Below, piece by piece: positions 46,984 to 56,813 of a stretch of DNA of 64,000 nucleotides (positions are counted from its first letter, which is position 1; each line of letters opens with the position of its first letter). The DNA comes from Bacteroidia bacterium (GTDB lineage: Bacteria > Bacteroidota > Bacteroidia > Flavobacteriales > Flavobacteriaceae): positions 11,766-75,765 of the forward strand of contig JAUIBH010000005.1 of assembly GCA_030427985.1 (NCBI GenBank), given 5' to 3'. A program made the position numbers and the translations under genes. The notes beneath the pieces were generated by a model. That model was not told the DNA's origin. It worked only from the letters and a program-made list of their open reading frames with translations, and did no database searches.

Positions 46984-47008
46984 ATTTTGTTAATTTGCCC
47001 TTAACAGG

Positions 47009-47056
47009 GGCTGTTCAGATAACTGACAAAGTCACTTATTTGAACAGCCTTTTTTG
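47009..47056 (+). terminator. Long hairpin plus U tract: etfBA terminator and/or a small structured RNA (Flavo-1-like candidate)
   Basis: GGCTGTTCAGATAA-C-TGAC-AAA-GTCA-C-TTATTTGAACAGCC-TTTTTT. Confidence 0.7.
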
Positions 47057-47070
47057 TTTAGGAGGAGATT

Positions 47071-47703
47071 ATGAGCTTAGTACGGTTAAAAATAAAGGGG
47101 ATATCATACAGTCAAACCCAGAATGGTGCATACGCCCTTATTTTAAATGAGGTTGATGGGGACAGAAAACTTCCCATAGTCATTGGAGCATTTGAAGCAC
47201 AGTCCATTGCCATTGCTTTGGAGAAAGAAATAAAACCACCCAGACCTTTGACACACGATCTGTTCAAAAATTTTGCGAATCGATTTCAAATTGTGGTAAA
47301 ACAGGTCATTATCCATAAATTGGTGGATGGTGTTTTTTATTCCAGCATCATCTGTGAACGTGACAAGGAAGAAGAAATCATTGATGCCCGAACCAGCGAT
47401 GCCATAGCATTGGCCTTACGTTTTGAGGCACCTATTTTTACCTACAGGACCATTTTAGACAAAGCCGGTATTTTTCTCAAATTCTCTTCAAAAGAAGATG
47501 AAAATGAGGATGACGACAATAGCATAGTGGTGGATGAAATCCTTCAGGAAGGAGAAGCGGTAGAGATTGAATCCGGACCAAGTTCACACGGGTATCGTGA
47601 AATGTCGTTGGAAGAACTCCACAAAGAATTGGATAAGGCAGTGGCCAATGAGGACTACGAAAAAGCTGCCAAATTACGGGACGAAATTTCCAAGCGCAAA
47701 TAA
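47071..47703 (+). CDS. Bifunctional nuclease (DUF151) with a C-terminal UVR domain
   Basis: LPIVIGAFEAQSI, RPLTHDL, DARTSDAIALA and AVANEDYEKAAKLRDEI. Confidence 0.92.
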   Translation: MSLVRLKIKGISYSQTQNGAYALILNEVDGDRKLPIVIGAFEAQSIAIALEKEIKPPRPLTHDLFKNFANRFQIVVKQVIIHKLVDGVFYSSIICERDKEEEIIDARTSDAIALALRFEAPIFTYRTILDKAGIFLKFSSKEDENEDDDNSIVVDEILQEGEAVEIESGPSSHGYREMSLEELHKELDKAVANEDYEKAAKLRDEISKRK

Positions 47704-47712
47704 ATCAAATAC

Positions 47713-49173
47713 ATGGGGAAAAAGACCTTGAGTTTCCTGACACTATTGTTCGTTTGTACGATTGCCCTAAGCCAAAACAAACTCCCCACAGATTCACTAA
47801 ACACAGCCATTGGCACTACTATTATCAATGATGTTTCCGTTCAGGATGCCGCGGAAATGATACCCAATCAGGGATTTTCTCTTAATACCTTATGGAGAGG
47901 AGCCTTGGGTATGGCCGTTCTCATTTTGATTTCCTTTTTGTTCAGTTCCAACCGCAGGGCCATCAATTGGAAAACCGTGGGCATTGGGCTTACCTTACAA
48001 TTATTGATTGCCATTGGGGTTCTCAAAGTCCCATTTGTGCAATACATTTTTGAAAAAATTGGCGAAGTCTTTGTAAGCATTCTCGATTTCACCCGTGCCG
48101 GAAGTCAATTTTTATTTGAAGGGCTGGTAGTGGACATGGACACCTTCGGGTACATTTTTGCCTTTCAAGTATTACCTACCATAATTTTCTTTTCGGCTTT
48201 AACTTCGGTACTGTTCTATTTAGGAATCATTCAAAAAGTGGTGAAAGGCTTGGCGTGGCTACTATCCAAAACCTTGGGGATTTCTGGTGCAGAGAGTCTT
48301 TCTGTGGCTGGAAACATTTTTTTGGGGCAAACGGAAGCTCCACTGCTCATCAAGGCTTATTTGGAAAAAATGAACAAGTCCGAAATCCTTTTGGTGATGA
48401 TTGGTGGAATGGCCACTGTGGCGGGAGCTGTTTTAGCGGCCTATATCGGATTTTTGGGCGGTGACGACCCTGCACTGCGATTGGTCTTTGCCAAACACCT
48501 CTTGGCCGCATCGGTAATGGCAGCTCCAGGTGCCATTGTCATTTCAAAAATATTGTATCCGCAGACCGAAGCCGTTAATACTGACGTAAAGGTTTCTTCA
48601 GAAAAAATTGGCGCCAACATCTTGGACGCTATTGCCAATGGTACCACTGAAGGTTTAAAATTGGCCCTAAACGTAGGGGCCATGCTTTTGGTCTTTGTGG
48701 CTTTTATTGCCATGATCAATGGTATTTTGGGCTGGGTAGGTGATTTGACCACCTTCAACAACTGGATTGCCGCCAACTCCCCTTACGATAGTTTTTCTCT
48801 CGAAGCCATTCTTGGAACCATATTTGCACCGCTCATGTGGCTCATTGGTGTCGCCAATGAAGATGTAATGCTGATGGGACAGTTGCTCGGTATTAAACTG
48901 GCCGCCAGTGAATTTGTGGGATACATTCAATTGGCGGAATTGAAAGCCGTAACCAGCGACCTCCATTTTGCGTATAGCAAATCTGTAATTATGGCCACGT
49001 ATATGCTATGTGGTTTTGCCAACTTTGCTTCCATCGGTATACAAATTGGTGGTATTGGTTCCTTGGCACCCGGTCAACGTAAAGTTTTGTCCCAATTTGG
49101 AATGAAAGCCGTTTTGGGTGGTTCATTGGCCTCTTTGTTGTCCGCTACCATTGCGGGGATGATTTTGGGATAG
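47713..49173 (+). CDS. Na+-dependent nucleoside transporter (CNT/NupC family)
   Basis: FAFQVLPTIIFF, GNIFLGQTEAP and CGFANFASIGIQIG. Confidence 0.93.
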   Translation: MGKKTLSFLTLLFVCTIALSQNKLPTDSLNTAIGTTIINDVSVQDAAEMIPNQGFSLNTLWRGALGMAVLILISFLFSSNRRAINWKTVGIGLTLQLLIAIGVLKVPFVQYIFEKIGEVFVSILDFTRAGSQFLFEGLVVDMDTFGYIFAFQVLPTIIFFSALTSVLFYLGIIQKVVKGLAWLLSKTLGISGAESLSVAGNIFLGQTEAPLLIKAYLEKMNKSEILLVMIGGMATVAGAVLAAYIGFLGGDDPALRLVFAKHLLAASVMAAPGAIVISKILYPQTEAVNTDVKVSSEKIGANILDAIANGTTEGLKLALNVGAMLLVFVAFIAMINGILGWVGDLTTFNNWIAANSPYDSFSLEAILGTIFAPLMWLIGVANEDVMLMGQLLGIKLAASEFVGYIQLAELKAVTSDLHFAYSKSVIMATYMLCGFANFASIGIQIGGIGSLAPGQRKVLSQFGMKAVLGGSLASLLSATIAGMILG

Positions 49174-49176
49174 ATA

Positions 49177-49742
49177 GGTGAAGGGATAAATGGAAAAAGC
49201 ACAAAGGTTTCACCAAAACCGGTCCTTAGGCTTATAGAAAAATAAAATTCAACCTCGAAATTTTTTAAAATAGATAATTATGAGAAATTTTCGAGAGTTA
49301 ACTGTCTGGAAAAGTGGCAGAATCTTAGTGAAAGAAATCTACACACTTACAAAAATGTTACCAGATTCCGAGCGATTTGGATTGATATCACAAGTCCAAA
49401 GAAGCGCTATTTCCATTCCGGCGAATATTGCTGAAGGTTCCAGGAAATATTCAAACAAAGATTTTGTTCGATTTCTTCAAATTAGTCTTGGGTCAGCTTA
49501 CGAATTGGAAACCCATCTAATCCTTTGTGCAGATTTAGAATTTCTTTCTCCCGAAGTAACAGATTGCGTTATTGAAAAAATTCAAACACTACAAAAGAAA
49601 CTCGTAGCCTTCATAAAACGGGTAAAGTTTAACCAATGACCTTTTACCAATTACCCAAAACCTTTCATCCCAGTTGATAACATCTTCATAAGTCAAACTA
49701 CTGATCTATTGTCCCTTTACACATAACCATTTACCTTTAACC
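49177..49742. mobile_element. Candidate IVS-like module: four-helix-bundle gene flanked by oppositely oriented heptamer arrays
   Basis: Upstream TAAATGG|AAAAAGC|ACAAAGG. Downstream CCTTTTA|CCAATTA|CCCAAAA|CCTTTCA and CCCTTTA|CACATAA|CCATTTA|CCTTTAA. Mobility is inferred only. Confidence 0.4.
49280..49639 (+). CDS. Four-helix-bundle protein (23S rRNA intervening-sequence protein family)
   Basis: FRELTVW, ERFGLISQVQRSAISIPANIAEG and FLQISLGSAYELETHL. Confidence 0.92.
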   Translation: MRNFRELTVWKSGRILVKEIYTLTKMLPDSERFGLISQVQRSAISIPANIAEGSRKYSNKDFVRFLQISLGSAYELETHLILCADLEFLSPEVTDCVIEKIQTLQKKLVAFIKRVKFNQ

Positions 49743-49747
49743 CCACT

Positions 49748-50572
49748 ATGAAACAATACCACGACCTCCTAAAACATGTGTTGGAACACGGGAACGCAAA
49801 AGGCGACCGAACTGGAACTGGAACCCTGAGCGTTTTTGGTTATCAGATGCGATTTAATCTCGCCGAAGGCTTTCCTATGGTGACCACCAAAAAATTACAC
49901 CTCAAATCCATTATCCATGAATTGTTGTGGTTTTTGAAAGGCGACACCAATATTGAATACCTGCAAGAAAATGGGGTTCGCATCTGGAACGAATGGGCTG
50001 ATGAGAATGGCGACCTCGGACCGGTGTATGGACACCAATGGCGCAATTGGAACAGTGAGGAAATCGACCAAATCAAGGAAGTGGTGGAAGCTTTAAAAAC
50101 CAACCCCAACAGTCGAAGAATGCTGGTCTCTGCCTGGAATCCAAGCGTATTGCCAGATACTTCGGTATCTTTTGCGGAAAATGTGGCCAATGGAAAGGCG
50201 GCCCTACCGCCCTGCCATGCCTTTTTTCAATTTTATGTGGCCGATGGCAAACTTTCATGTCAGCTCTACCAACGTAGTGCCGATATCTTTTTGGGCGTGC
50301 CGTTCAACATTGCCTCCTATGCTTTGTTTACAATGATGATGGCCCAAGTTTGTGGCTATTTACCTGGGGATTTTATCCACACCTTTGGTGATGCCCATAT
50401 CTATAACAACCATTTGGAGCAAGTGCATCTGCAATTAAGCCGTGACCCTCGCCCCCTCCCCACTATGAAACTGAATCCAGAAGTAAAGGACATCTTCGAT
50501 TTTACCTTTGACGATTTTGAGCTGTTGAACTACGACCCACACCCACATATTAAAGGCGTTGTGGCAGTGTAG
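49748..50572 (+). CDS. thyA: Thymidylate synthase
   Basis: [21 protein letters not shown] and YQRSAD. Confidence 0.98.
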   Translation: MKQYHDLLKHVLEHGNAKGDRTGTGTLSVFGYQMRFNLAEGFPMVTTKKLHLKSIIHELLWFLKGDTNIEYLQENGVRIWNEWADENGDLGPVYGHQWRNWNSEEIDQIKEVVEALKTNPNSRRMLVSAWNPSVLPDTSVSFAENVANGKAALPPCHAFFQFYVADGKLSCQLYQRSADIFLGVPFNIASYALFTMMMAQVCGYLPGDFIHTFGDAHIYNNHLEQVHLQLSRDPRPLPTMKLNPEVKDIFDFTFDDFELLNYDPHPHIKGVVAV

Positions 50573-50666
50573 TAGCATTTCCCTTTAGGGAAAAGTTGTG
50601 GTTTCATTAAGAATTTATCGGTATCTTTTTAGGATCATCTTTTATTCGATAATTAAATCCTAAAAA

Positions 50667-51350
50667 ATGAAACAACTCATAATCGCAATCACTTTGTCAG
50701 GTGCTTTGATTTCCTGCAATTCTTCTGGCAAGAACAAAACCGAAACTGACGCATCTTCCACCAAGGAAGCTGTAACGGACAGCACCACAACGCATGCAGA
50801 AAACAACTACGTTGCCATTGATACCGAAGACGCCATAATTGCAACTTCTCTGATGGCCGCTCCAGCAGCCAGTCGAGAGGGATGCACCGTGATAGGCTAC
50901 AATGCTGACGGAGAATTGGTGACCTACCGTGAAGGGGACAACGAATTCATAGTGCTTGCCGATGACCCAAACAACAAAGGATTCAGTGCCGCTTGCTACC
51001 ACAAAAGCTTGGAACCCTTTATGGCGAGAGGCCGGGAACTACGCGCCGAAGGAAAAACTGGACCAGAAATCTTTGACATCCGGGAAGCAGAGGCCAAATC
51101 TGGCAAACTGGATATGGGAATACCGGGTGCTACCCTTCACATTTATTATGGTCAAAATGATCGCTATGATCCCGAAACCCACAAAGTGGAAGGCGCAAAA
51201 TACCGCTATGTCGTCTATTTGCCTTTCGCCACGGCGGAATCCACTGGCTTGCCCGAAAACCCTGTTGGCCCTAACCATCCCTGGATTATGAACCCCGGGA
51301 CGCACCGAGCGCATATTATGATCTCGCCTTTGGCGGATGAGGAAGAGTAA
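50667..51350 (+). CDS. Hypothetical lipoprotein
   Basis: Lipobox LISC and conserved-looking PFMARGRELRAEG and PWIMNPGTHRAHIMI segments. Confidence 0.8.
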   Translation: MKQLIIAITLSGALISCNSSGKNKTETDASSTKEAVTDSTTTHAENNYVAIDTEDAIIATSLMAAPAASREGCTVIGYNADGELVTYREGDNEFIVLADDPNNKGFSAACYHKSLEPFMARGRELRAEGKTGPEIFDIREAEAKSGKLDMGIPGATLHIYYGQNDRYDPETHKVEGAKYRYVVYLPFATAESTGLPENPVGPNHPWIMNPGTHRAHIMISPLADEEE

Positions 51351-51471
51351 CTCCTAAATCATTTTTCAGTTAAAAAGGCGTGTTTTACATTCCTGTATAA
51401 AATTGGCTTTAATTAAGAAAAACTGTAACATTCTTCTCTATTGGGTGACCTACTCTAAAATCAATCAAAAA

Positions 51472-52224
51472 ATGAAAAATGGTTTCTTGGCCTTATGGGT
51501 ATTATTAATGTTTATTTCCTGTAACAACGACAATGGTGAAAAGGGAAAAATATTGATTATCGTTTCAAATACAGAAGATATGGGTGACCCCGAAAAGCAC
51601 TTTGCCGGGAACAATCTCTGGGAGGTAGCTCCCCCCTACCATATTTTTGTTTCCCATGGTTACCAAGTGGATTTTGTTTCGCCAACCGGTGGAAGAGTAC
51701 CGTTTTCCATGGACACCCTAGGTATTAGTAGTTACACCATTAAGTATGAGAATTTTGGTAAGGTTCAAAATTCGTTAACGCCCGATCAAGTGGACTACAA
51801 AAACTACAAAGCCGTTTTTATTGGTGGTGGGTACGGACCTTTATTTGATGTGGCCAAAAACGAAGACATCTTACCCCTCATAGCCAAAATTTATGAAAAT
51901 GGCGGCGTAGTCGGAGGTTGCGGACACGGGCCCGGTGCTTTTGCCAATGTAAAATTGAGCAATGGGGAGTATATGGTCAAAGATGTAAAATTGACTGGAT
52001 TTCCTAATTCCACGGAGGTGACCAAAAGTTGGGCTGCAGAGGGAACCTTATTGCCTATCATGTTGGAGGATCAATTACGACAAAACGGAGCGTTGTTCCA
52101 GACCAAAAATGACCTGGCCGATAAACACGATGTGGTCATTGACCAGCGAATTGTAACGACCATGTTTCTGCCTTCTTCAACCTTAGTGGCCAAAGAAATG
52201 ATCGGGGAGATTGAGAAAAATTAA
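51472..52224 (+). CDS. DJ-1/PfpI (type 1 glutamine amidotransferase-like) lipoprotein
   Basis: Lipobox FISC, WEVAPPY, VSPTGG, GGGYGP and the GCGHGP nucleophile elbow. Start set at MKNGFL. Confidence 0.85.
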   Translation: MKNGFLALWVLLMFISCNNDNGEKGKILIIVSNTEDMGDPEKHFAGNNLWEVAPPYHIFVSHGYQVDFVSPTGGRVPFSMDTLGISSYTIKYENFGKVQNSLTPDQVDYKNYKAVFIGGGYGPLFDVAKNEDILPLIAKIYENGGVVGGCGHGPGAFANVKLSNGEYMVKDVKLTGFPNSTEVTKSWAAEGTLLPIMLEDQLRQNGALFQTKNDLADKHDVVIDQRIVTTMFLPSSTLVAKEMIGEIEKN

Positions 52225-52241
52225 GTGTTTTGGTATGTAAC

Positions 52242-52287
52242 TCCCGCAACCACTCCTCTTTACATTGCACTTCCCTGCGGGAAAAGG
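52242..52287 (-). pseudogene. Remnant duplicate of the 3' end of the 66-aa gene at 52901-53101
   Basis: Blocks of 14/15 and 22/23 nt identity to 52917-52931 and 52961-52983, with the spacer 21 nt shorter. Confidence 0.7.
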
Positions 52288-52415
52288 AGGTGGTCGCTAA
52301 AAATGTGGGGCGTTTGATAGCATTTAGAAGCCTAATATGCACGTATTGAGATATAAAATTGTTTCTATAAACAAGTTGAGCGCAATTTGGAGCAATTTTT
52401 GAAGTATTATTCAAT

Positions 52416-52904
52416 ATGAAAAGCTTTTACTTTTTACTAATTTTTTTATTGTTAGCCGAAAACTCAATTTATGGACAGGACAATACAATATCTGAATTTG
52501 ACTTGTATGGTTGCTGGAAAATGGTACTTGTTACAAAAGAAAATGGAATTAAGATCTGGAAATATGTCCCATGCGACATTTCCGAAACAGGAAATTCCAT
52601 GAAACAATTTGGTATTGTTTTCAAAGCCTATAATAAATGTGAATTTTCAGCACTAATTCAAAGTGCCCTTTGTCCAATTATTTACGAAAGTGTTGAAGGG
52701 ACTTGGACATATGACAAGAAATCAGGAATTGTGGAAGTTTATTACCCCAAGGAATTCCAGAAAGAGTTCTGGGACAGTGTAAAAGAACGAAATCCTGACT
52801 TGGAAATTCCCAACCCAAGAATGAAAACCAAATTCAAAATAGTAGGATTTGAAGATGGGAAAATGGAAATAGAAAAAATGAATGCCAATATTCGTGATAA
52901 TTAA
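52416..52904 (+). CDS. Secreted hypothetical protein (AT-rich, lipocalin-like motifs)
   Basis: Signal peptide, LYGCWKMV and EGTWTYD. Confidence 0.7.
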   Translation: MKSFYFLLIFLLLAENSIYGQDNTISEFDLYGCWKMVLVTKENGIKIWKYVPCDISETGNSMKQFGIVFKAYNKCEFSALIQSALCPIIYESVEGTWTYDKKSGIVEVYYPKEFQKEFWDSVKERNPDLEIPNPRMKTKFKIVGFEDGKMEIEKMNANIRDN

Positions 52905-53101
52905 TCACCGGGTGTGTCCCTCAACCACTCCCCAATCCCCTTGAGCGCCTCCACTACACTTTGCACTTCCCTACGGGAAAAGGTGTCTTCCTCTAAATAG
53001 AACAGCATCACCACGCCCAAGTCCAAAATTTTGGCCAGTTCTTCAGGTGAGCCATAACTGTTTTTGATAAATGCTTTCAAATTGTCCTCATTTTGTGGCA
53101 T
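52901..53101 (-). CDS. Small hypothetical protein (66 aa, helical)
   Basis: ATG start and protein-like composition. A second partial copy lies nearby. Confidence 0.6.
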   Translation of the reverse strand: MPQNEDNLKAFIKNSYGSPEELAKILDLGVVMLFYLEEDTFSRREVQSVVEALKGIGEWLRDTPGD

Positions 53102-53208
53102 ATACCAAAGGTAAATTAGACCTTTGGATTAAGCGTCATAACAGATTATGACACTATGCATTTTTGTCTTACCTTATTCCGCCATAAATCATTTAAAACC
53201 ACATCCTC

Positions 53209-53637
53209 ATGAAAAACCTTGCCTTCACCGTTTTAACCGTACTTTTACTGTCGGGTTGTGGCAATAAAACCCAAGAACAAACAAAAGAAGAACCTGTGGA
53301 AAAAACCGAAACGGTAATAGAAGAAGCTACCCAACCACTACTACGCCATGTGGTACTGTTCAAATTTAAGGAGACGTCCTCCGAAGCCGAGGTGGAAGAA
53401 GTAAAAGAGGCATTCAATGCACTGCCGTCCAAAATAGCAGAGATCAAAGGCTACGAATGGGGCCTGAACAACAGCCCAGAAAACCTGAACAGGGGGCTTA
53501 CCCATTGCTATTTCCTCACCTTTACCAGTGAGGCGGACAGGGATGCTTATCTTATCCACCCAGACCACAAAGCGTTTGGCGAAGTTGCTGGTCCGCACAT
53601 AGGCGATGTGCTTGTAGTGGACTACTGGGCCAACTAA
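53209..53637 (+). CDS. Dabb (stress-responsive alpha/beta barrel) lipoprotein
   Basis: Lipobox LSGC, LRHVVLFKFK, WGLNNSPE, AYLIHPDH and VVDYW. Confidence 0.9.
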   Translation: MKNLAFTVLTVLLLSGCGNKTQEQTKEEPVEKTETVIEEATQPLLRHVVLFKFKETSSEAEVEEVKEAFNALPSKIAEIKGYEWGLNNSPENLNRGLTHCYFLTFTSEADRDAYLIHPDHKAFGEVAGPHIGDVLVVDYWAN

Positions 53638-53759
53638 AATCACCTGCTGGCATCCTTTAAAACCCTAGTTTTTTTAGTACCTTTAAGTGGAGTCCAGAAA
53701 CCACACAAAACGGGGCGCATCCCAAAAGCCAAACGAGTAGGAAACTAAATTTTAACGTC

Positions 53760-54032
53760 ATGCCAAAATATGTCATTGAGCGGGAAATACCCGGCGCCGG
53801 TAATTTAACCGCTGACCAACTCAAAGGAATATCACAGACTTCCTGTGGTGTTCTTAGCAATATGGGGCCAGAGATCCAATGGGTACAAAGCTATGTAACC
53901 GGAGACAAGATTTACTGTGTGTATATAGCACCCAATGAGGATATGGTTAGGGAACATGCCAAACAGGGAGGTTTTCCTGCCAATTCGGTGAGTGAGGTGG
54001 CCACCATTATAGACCCCACTACTGCAAAATAG
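53760..54032 (+). CDS. DUF4242-domain protein
   Basis: MPKYVIEREIPGAG, DKIYCVYIAP and EHAKQGGFPA. Confidence 0.85.
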   Translation: MPKYVIEREIPGAGNLTADQLKGISQTSCGVLSNMGPEIQWVQSYVTGDKIYCVYIAPNEDMVREHAKQGGFPANSVSEVATIIDPTTAK

Positions 54033-54097
54033 GCCAATGCTTCGATAGTTCATACCAAAAGCCACGACCAAATACGGGTACATGGCCAGATTGATTT

Positions 54098-54613
54098 ATG
54101 GCCAAAATCACCCCAATAAACATGAGATATACGCCCCAAGACGGTTTTCCCTATTATTTTGAATTGGCCCAAGAGCAGGAGCTCTCCGCACTTTTTGCAT
54201 CAATGAACACCAACGCGTTATTAGCATCCATTGATGAAGAAAAAGCTACGCATCGGTATGCTCCGGGTAAATGGAGCATTAAACAGATTGTTGGACATAT
54301 TACCGACCACGAACGTATAAAAATGTTCAGAGCCTTTCAATTGAGCCGAAAGGAAGAAGTGGAGCTATGGGGCTATGATCAGGAGACCTTGGTAAATAAC
54401 AGCCGATTTGATGAACTTACCTTTCAACAATTACTGACAGATTATGTGAATGTGAGGAAGGCCTCCCAAAGCTTTGTCAATACCCTATCCATAGATCAAC
54501 TGGCAATAAAAGGTTGGGCACGACAGTACAAAATCAGTTTGGAGGATTTTCTTAAATCAGTCATTGGTCATGAGATGCACCATCTCAATATCATCAAAGA
54601 AAGGTATCTGTAA
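54098..54613 (+). CDS. DinB-family protein
   Basis: YAPGKWSIKQIVGH and the GHEMHH metal motif. Confidence 0.9.
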   Translation: MAKITPINMRYTPQDGFPYYFELAQEQELSALFASMNTNALLASIDEEKATHRYAPGKWSIKQIVGHITDHERIKMFRAFQLSRKEEVELWGYDQETLVNNSRFDELTFQQLLTDYVNVRKASQSFVNTLSIDQLAIKGWARQYKISLEDFLKSVIGHEMHHLNIIKERYL

Positions 54614-54670
54614 TTACACGCAAACTGTAACAATCCAAGGCTTGCGATATCTTTTTTCAAAATAACGACC

Positions 54671-55534
54671 ATGGCCCATAAGATTGCATTTGCCCTTTCC
54701 GTACTGTTTGTATTTCTTAGTTGCGAATCCAAAACAGAACAATCTGAAACCTCTCCTTCTGAAAGCACCAAACAAGCTTTGCTTATTGGCACCTTCCACT
54801 ACCATAATCCCGGTGCAGATGTAGCCCAAACCAAAAGTTTTGACATCCTCAGTGATGCTGCCCAAGCCGAATTGGAGGAAATTTCAGAAAAAATAAAGGC
54901 ATATCAGCCAGATCAAGTTTTAGTGGAATGGCCCTATGATGAGCAACACGAACTTGACTCGCTCTACCAACTCTTTTTGGAGGACAGCTATTTTACCAAC
55001 GACAGCCTTTCCGACTTTCACTTGAAAAATGAAATCTTCCAGCTCGGGTTTCGCGTGGCCAAAAAAGCAGGACTAAAATCCGTTCAGGCAGTGGATTATC
55101 GCAATACCGAGTTCCCTTTTGATAGTTTAATGACGGTAGCGGCCCTACAAAAACAGACCGACTTACAAAAACAGTTTATGGATGGCATAGAACGTTTTAC
55201 CCAAGAGTTTGATGAAAAAATTGAATCCGGAGCTTCTTTGTTGGATATGACCTATTACCTCAATACCGAAGAGCTTAGAAAGTTTAGTAATGAATTTCAA
55301 ACCCAGGTGCCTCTCTTGGTGGGTCACCGCAACAATTTTGTGGGGGCGTATCTTGCTTCGGAATGGTACCGCCGTAACCTCTACATGTGGTCCTTGGCCC
55401 AAAAAGCCACCCAACCCGATGATCAACGGGTCATGCTGCTCCTTGGTTCCAGCCATATTGCACTGATCAAGAATTTTATCGACAAAAATCCCGAATGGAG
55501 TACGGTGGAACTAAAGGAAATCATGGAAAAGTGA
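54671..55534 (+). CDS. DUF5694-type lipoprotein
   Basis: Lipobox FLSC, IGTFHYHNPG, NEIFQLGFR, WYRRNL and GSSH. Confidence 0.75.
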   Translation: MAHKIAFALSVLFVFLSCESKTEQSETSPSESTKQALLIGTFHYHNPGADVAQTKSFDILSDAAQAELEEISEKIKAYQPDQVLVEWPYDEQHELDSLYQLFLEDSYFTNDSLSDFHLKNEIFQLGFRVAKKAGLKSVQAVDYRNTEFPFDSLMTVAALQKQTDLQKQFMDGIERFTQEFDEKIESGASLLDMTYYLNTEELRKFSNEFQTQVPLLVGHRNNFVGAYLASEWYRRNLYMWSLAQKATQPDDQRVMLLLGSSHIALIKNFIDKNPEWSTVELKEIMEK

Positions 55535-55636
55535 TGTAATCCTTAACCTTTAATATACTGGGTAAGGGTTTCTGTAAAAAATCGACAGAAATGGCGACAA
55601 TTCTATATTCCTTATCTTTAAAGATAAACGTTTGCC

Positions 55637-56797
55637 ATGATCCTTACTGATTCCCTTTTGGATTTCTTTTTGGAAACCCGAAAACATTCCGAAACCATTT
55701 GCCAACCCATTGAAATTGAGGATTACGTGGTGCAGCCCATTGTAGATGTGAGTCCGCCCAAATGGCATTTGGGGCACACCACTTGGTTTTTTGAGGAATT
55801 CATCCTAAAACCCCATGCCAAGAACTACCAGGAGTTCAATACCGATTTCTCTTTTGTCTTTAATAGTTATTACGAAACCGTTGGCAAACGGGTAGTTCGT
55901 TCAGACCGAGGAAATCTATCGCGTCCTTCGGTAAAAAAGGTATACGAATATCGAAACTATGTTACTCAAGCTATCAAGGCATTCTTTTCAGAATCGCAGA
56001 GCGAAGAACTACAAAGTGTTTTAGAAATCGGAATACACCATGAAAAGCAGCATCAGGAATTGTTGTTGACGGACATCAAATATATTTTGGGAAACAACCC
56101 ACTTTTGCCTGCCTATTCAGATGCTTTTGAAGACCATCCGAAAGAAACCCACCAACAGGATTGGATTGCGGTAGAGGAAGGGATTTATGAAATTGGACAT
56201 AATTCACAGGATTTTTGTTACGATAATGAGCTGGGCAGACATAAAGTCTATTTGCAACCCTATAAGATTTCCAATAAACTGGTCACCAATGGCGATTTCA
56301 TGGAATTTATTGAAGCTGGTGGCTACCAACACTTTGCTATTTGGCATGCCGAGGGCTGGGATTGGGTGAACCAAAACAACATCACTGCTCCTTTATATTG
56401 GCACAACATTGATGGTTCATGGTGGCATTATACCGCAAAAGGACTTCAAAAAGTGGATTTGGAAACCCCATTGACCCACATTTCCTATTATGAGGCCTTT
56501 GCCTATACCCAGTGGAAAGGATTTCGACTGCCTACAGAGTTTGAATGGGAAGCTTCCCAACAGTTTTTTCCGTGGGGCAAACGCTGGGAATGGACAGAGA
56601 GTGCCTACCTGCCCTACCCCAACTACAAAAAACCAGATGGGGCCCTTGGCGAGTACAACGGAAAATTTATGGTCAGCCAAAAGGTGCTGCGCGGGGGTTC
56701 GGTGGCCACTTCAACAAAACATACGCGACCTACCTACCGTAATTTTTTCCATCCGCAGCTACGCTGGCAGTTTACCGGATTAAGGTTGGCCCAATAA
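55637..56797 (+). CDS. egtB: Ergothioneine biosynthesis sulfoxide synthase
   Basis: SPPKWHLGHTTWFFE, NSYY, HEKQHQE iron ligands, and an FGE-like domain with RLPTEFEWE and YRNFF. Confidence 0.93.
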   Translation: MILTDSLLDFFLETRKHSETICQPIEIEDYVVQPIVDVSPPKWHLGHTTWFFEEFILKPHAKNYQEFNTDFSFVFNSYYETVGKRVVRSDRGNLSRPSVKKVYEYRNYVTQAIKAFFSESQSEELQSVLEIGIHHEKQHQELLLTDIKYILGNNPLLPAYSDAFEDHPKETHQQDWIAVEEGIYEIGHNSQDFCYDNELGRHKVYLQPYKISNKLVTNGDFMEFIEAGGYQHFAIWHAEGWDWVNQNNITAPLYWHNIDGSWWHYTAKGLQKVDLETPLTHISYYEAFAYTQWKGFRLPTEFEWEASQQFFPWGKRWEWTESAYLPYPNYKKPDGALGEYNGKFMVSQKVLRGGSVATSTKHTRPTYRNFFHPQLRWQFTGLRLAQ

Positions 56798-56813
56798 TCC
56801 CGACTTAACTGTT

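Noticed and set aside
49280-49639. Possible diversity-generating retroelement (Avd-like fold)
   Set aside because: There is no reverse transcriptase and no template/variable repeat pair in the window.
55637-56797. Possible selenoneine (senA) or ovothiol (ovoA) synthase
   Set aside because: There is no senB or selD neighbour and no C-terminal methyltransferase domain. The adjacent egtD supports ergothioneine.
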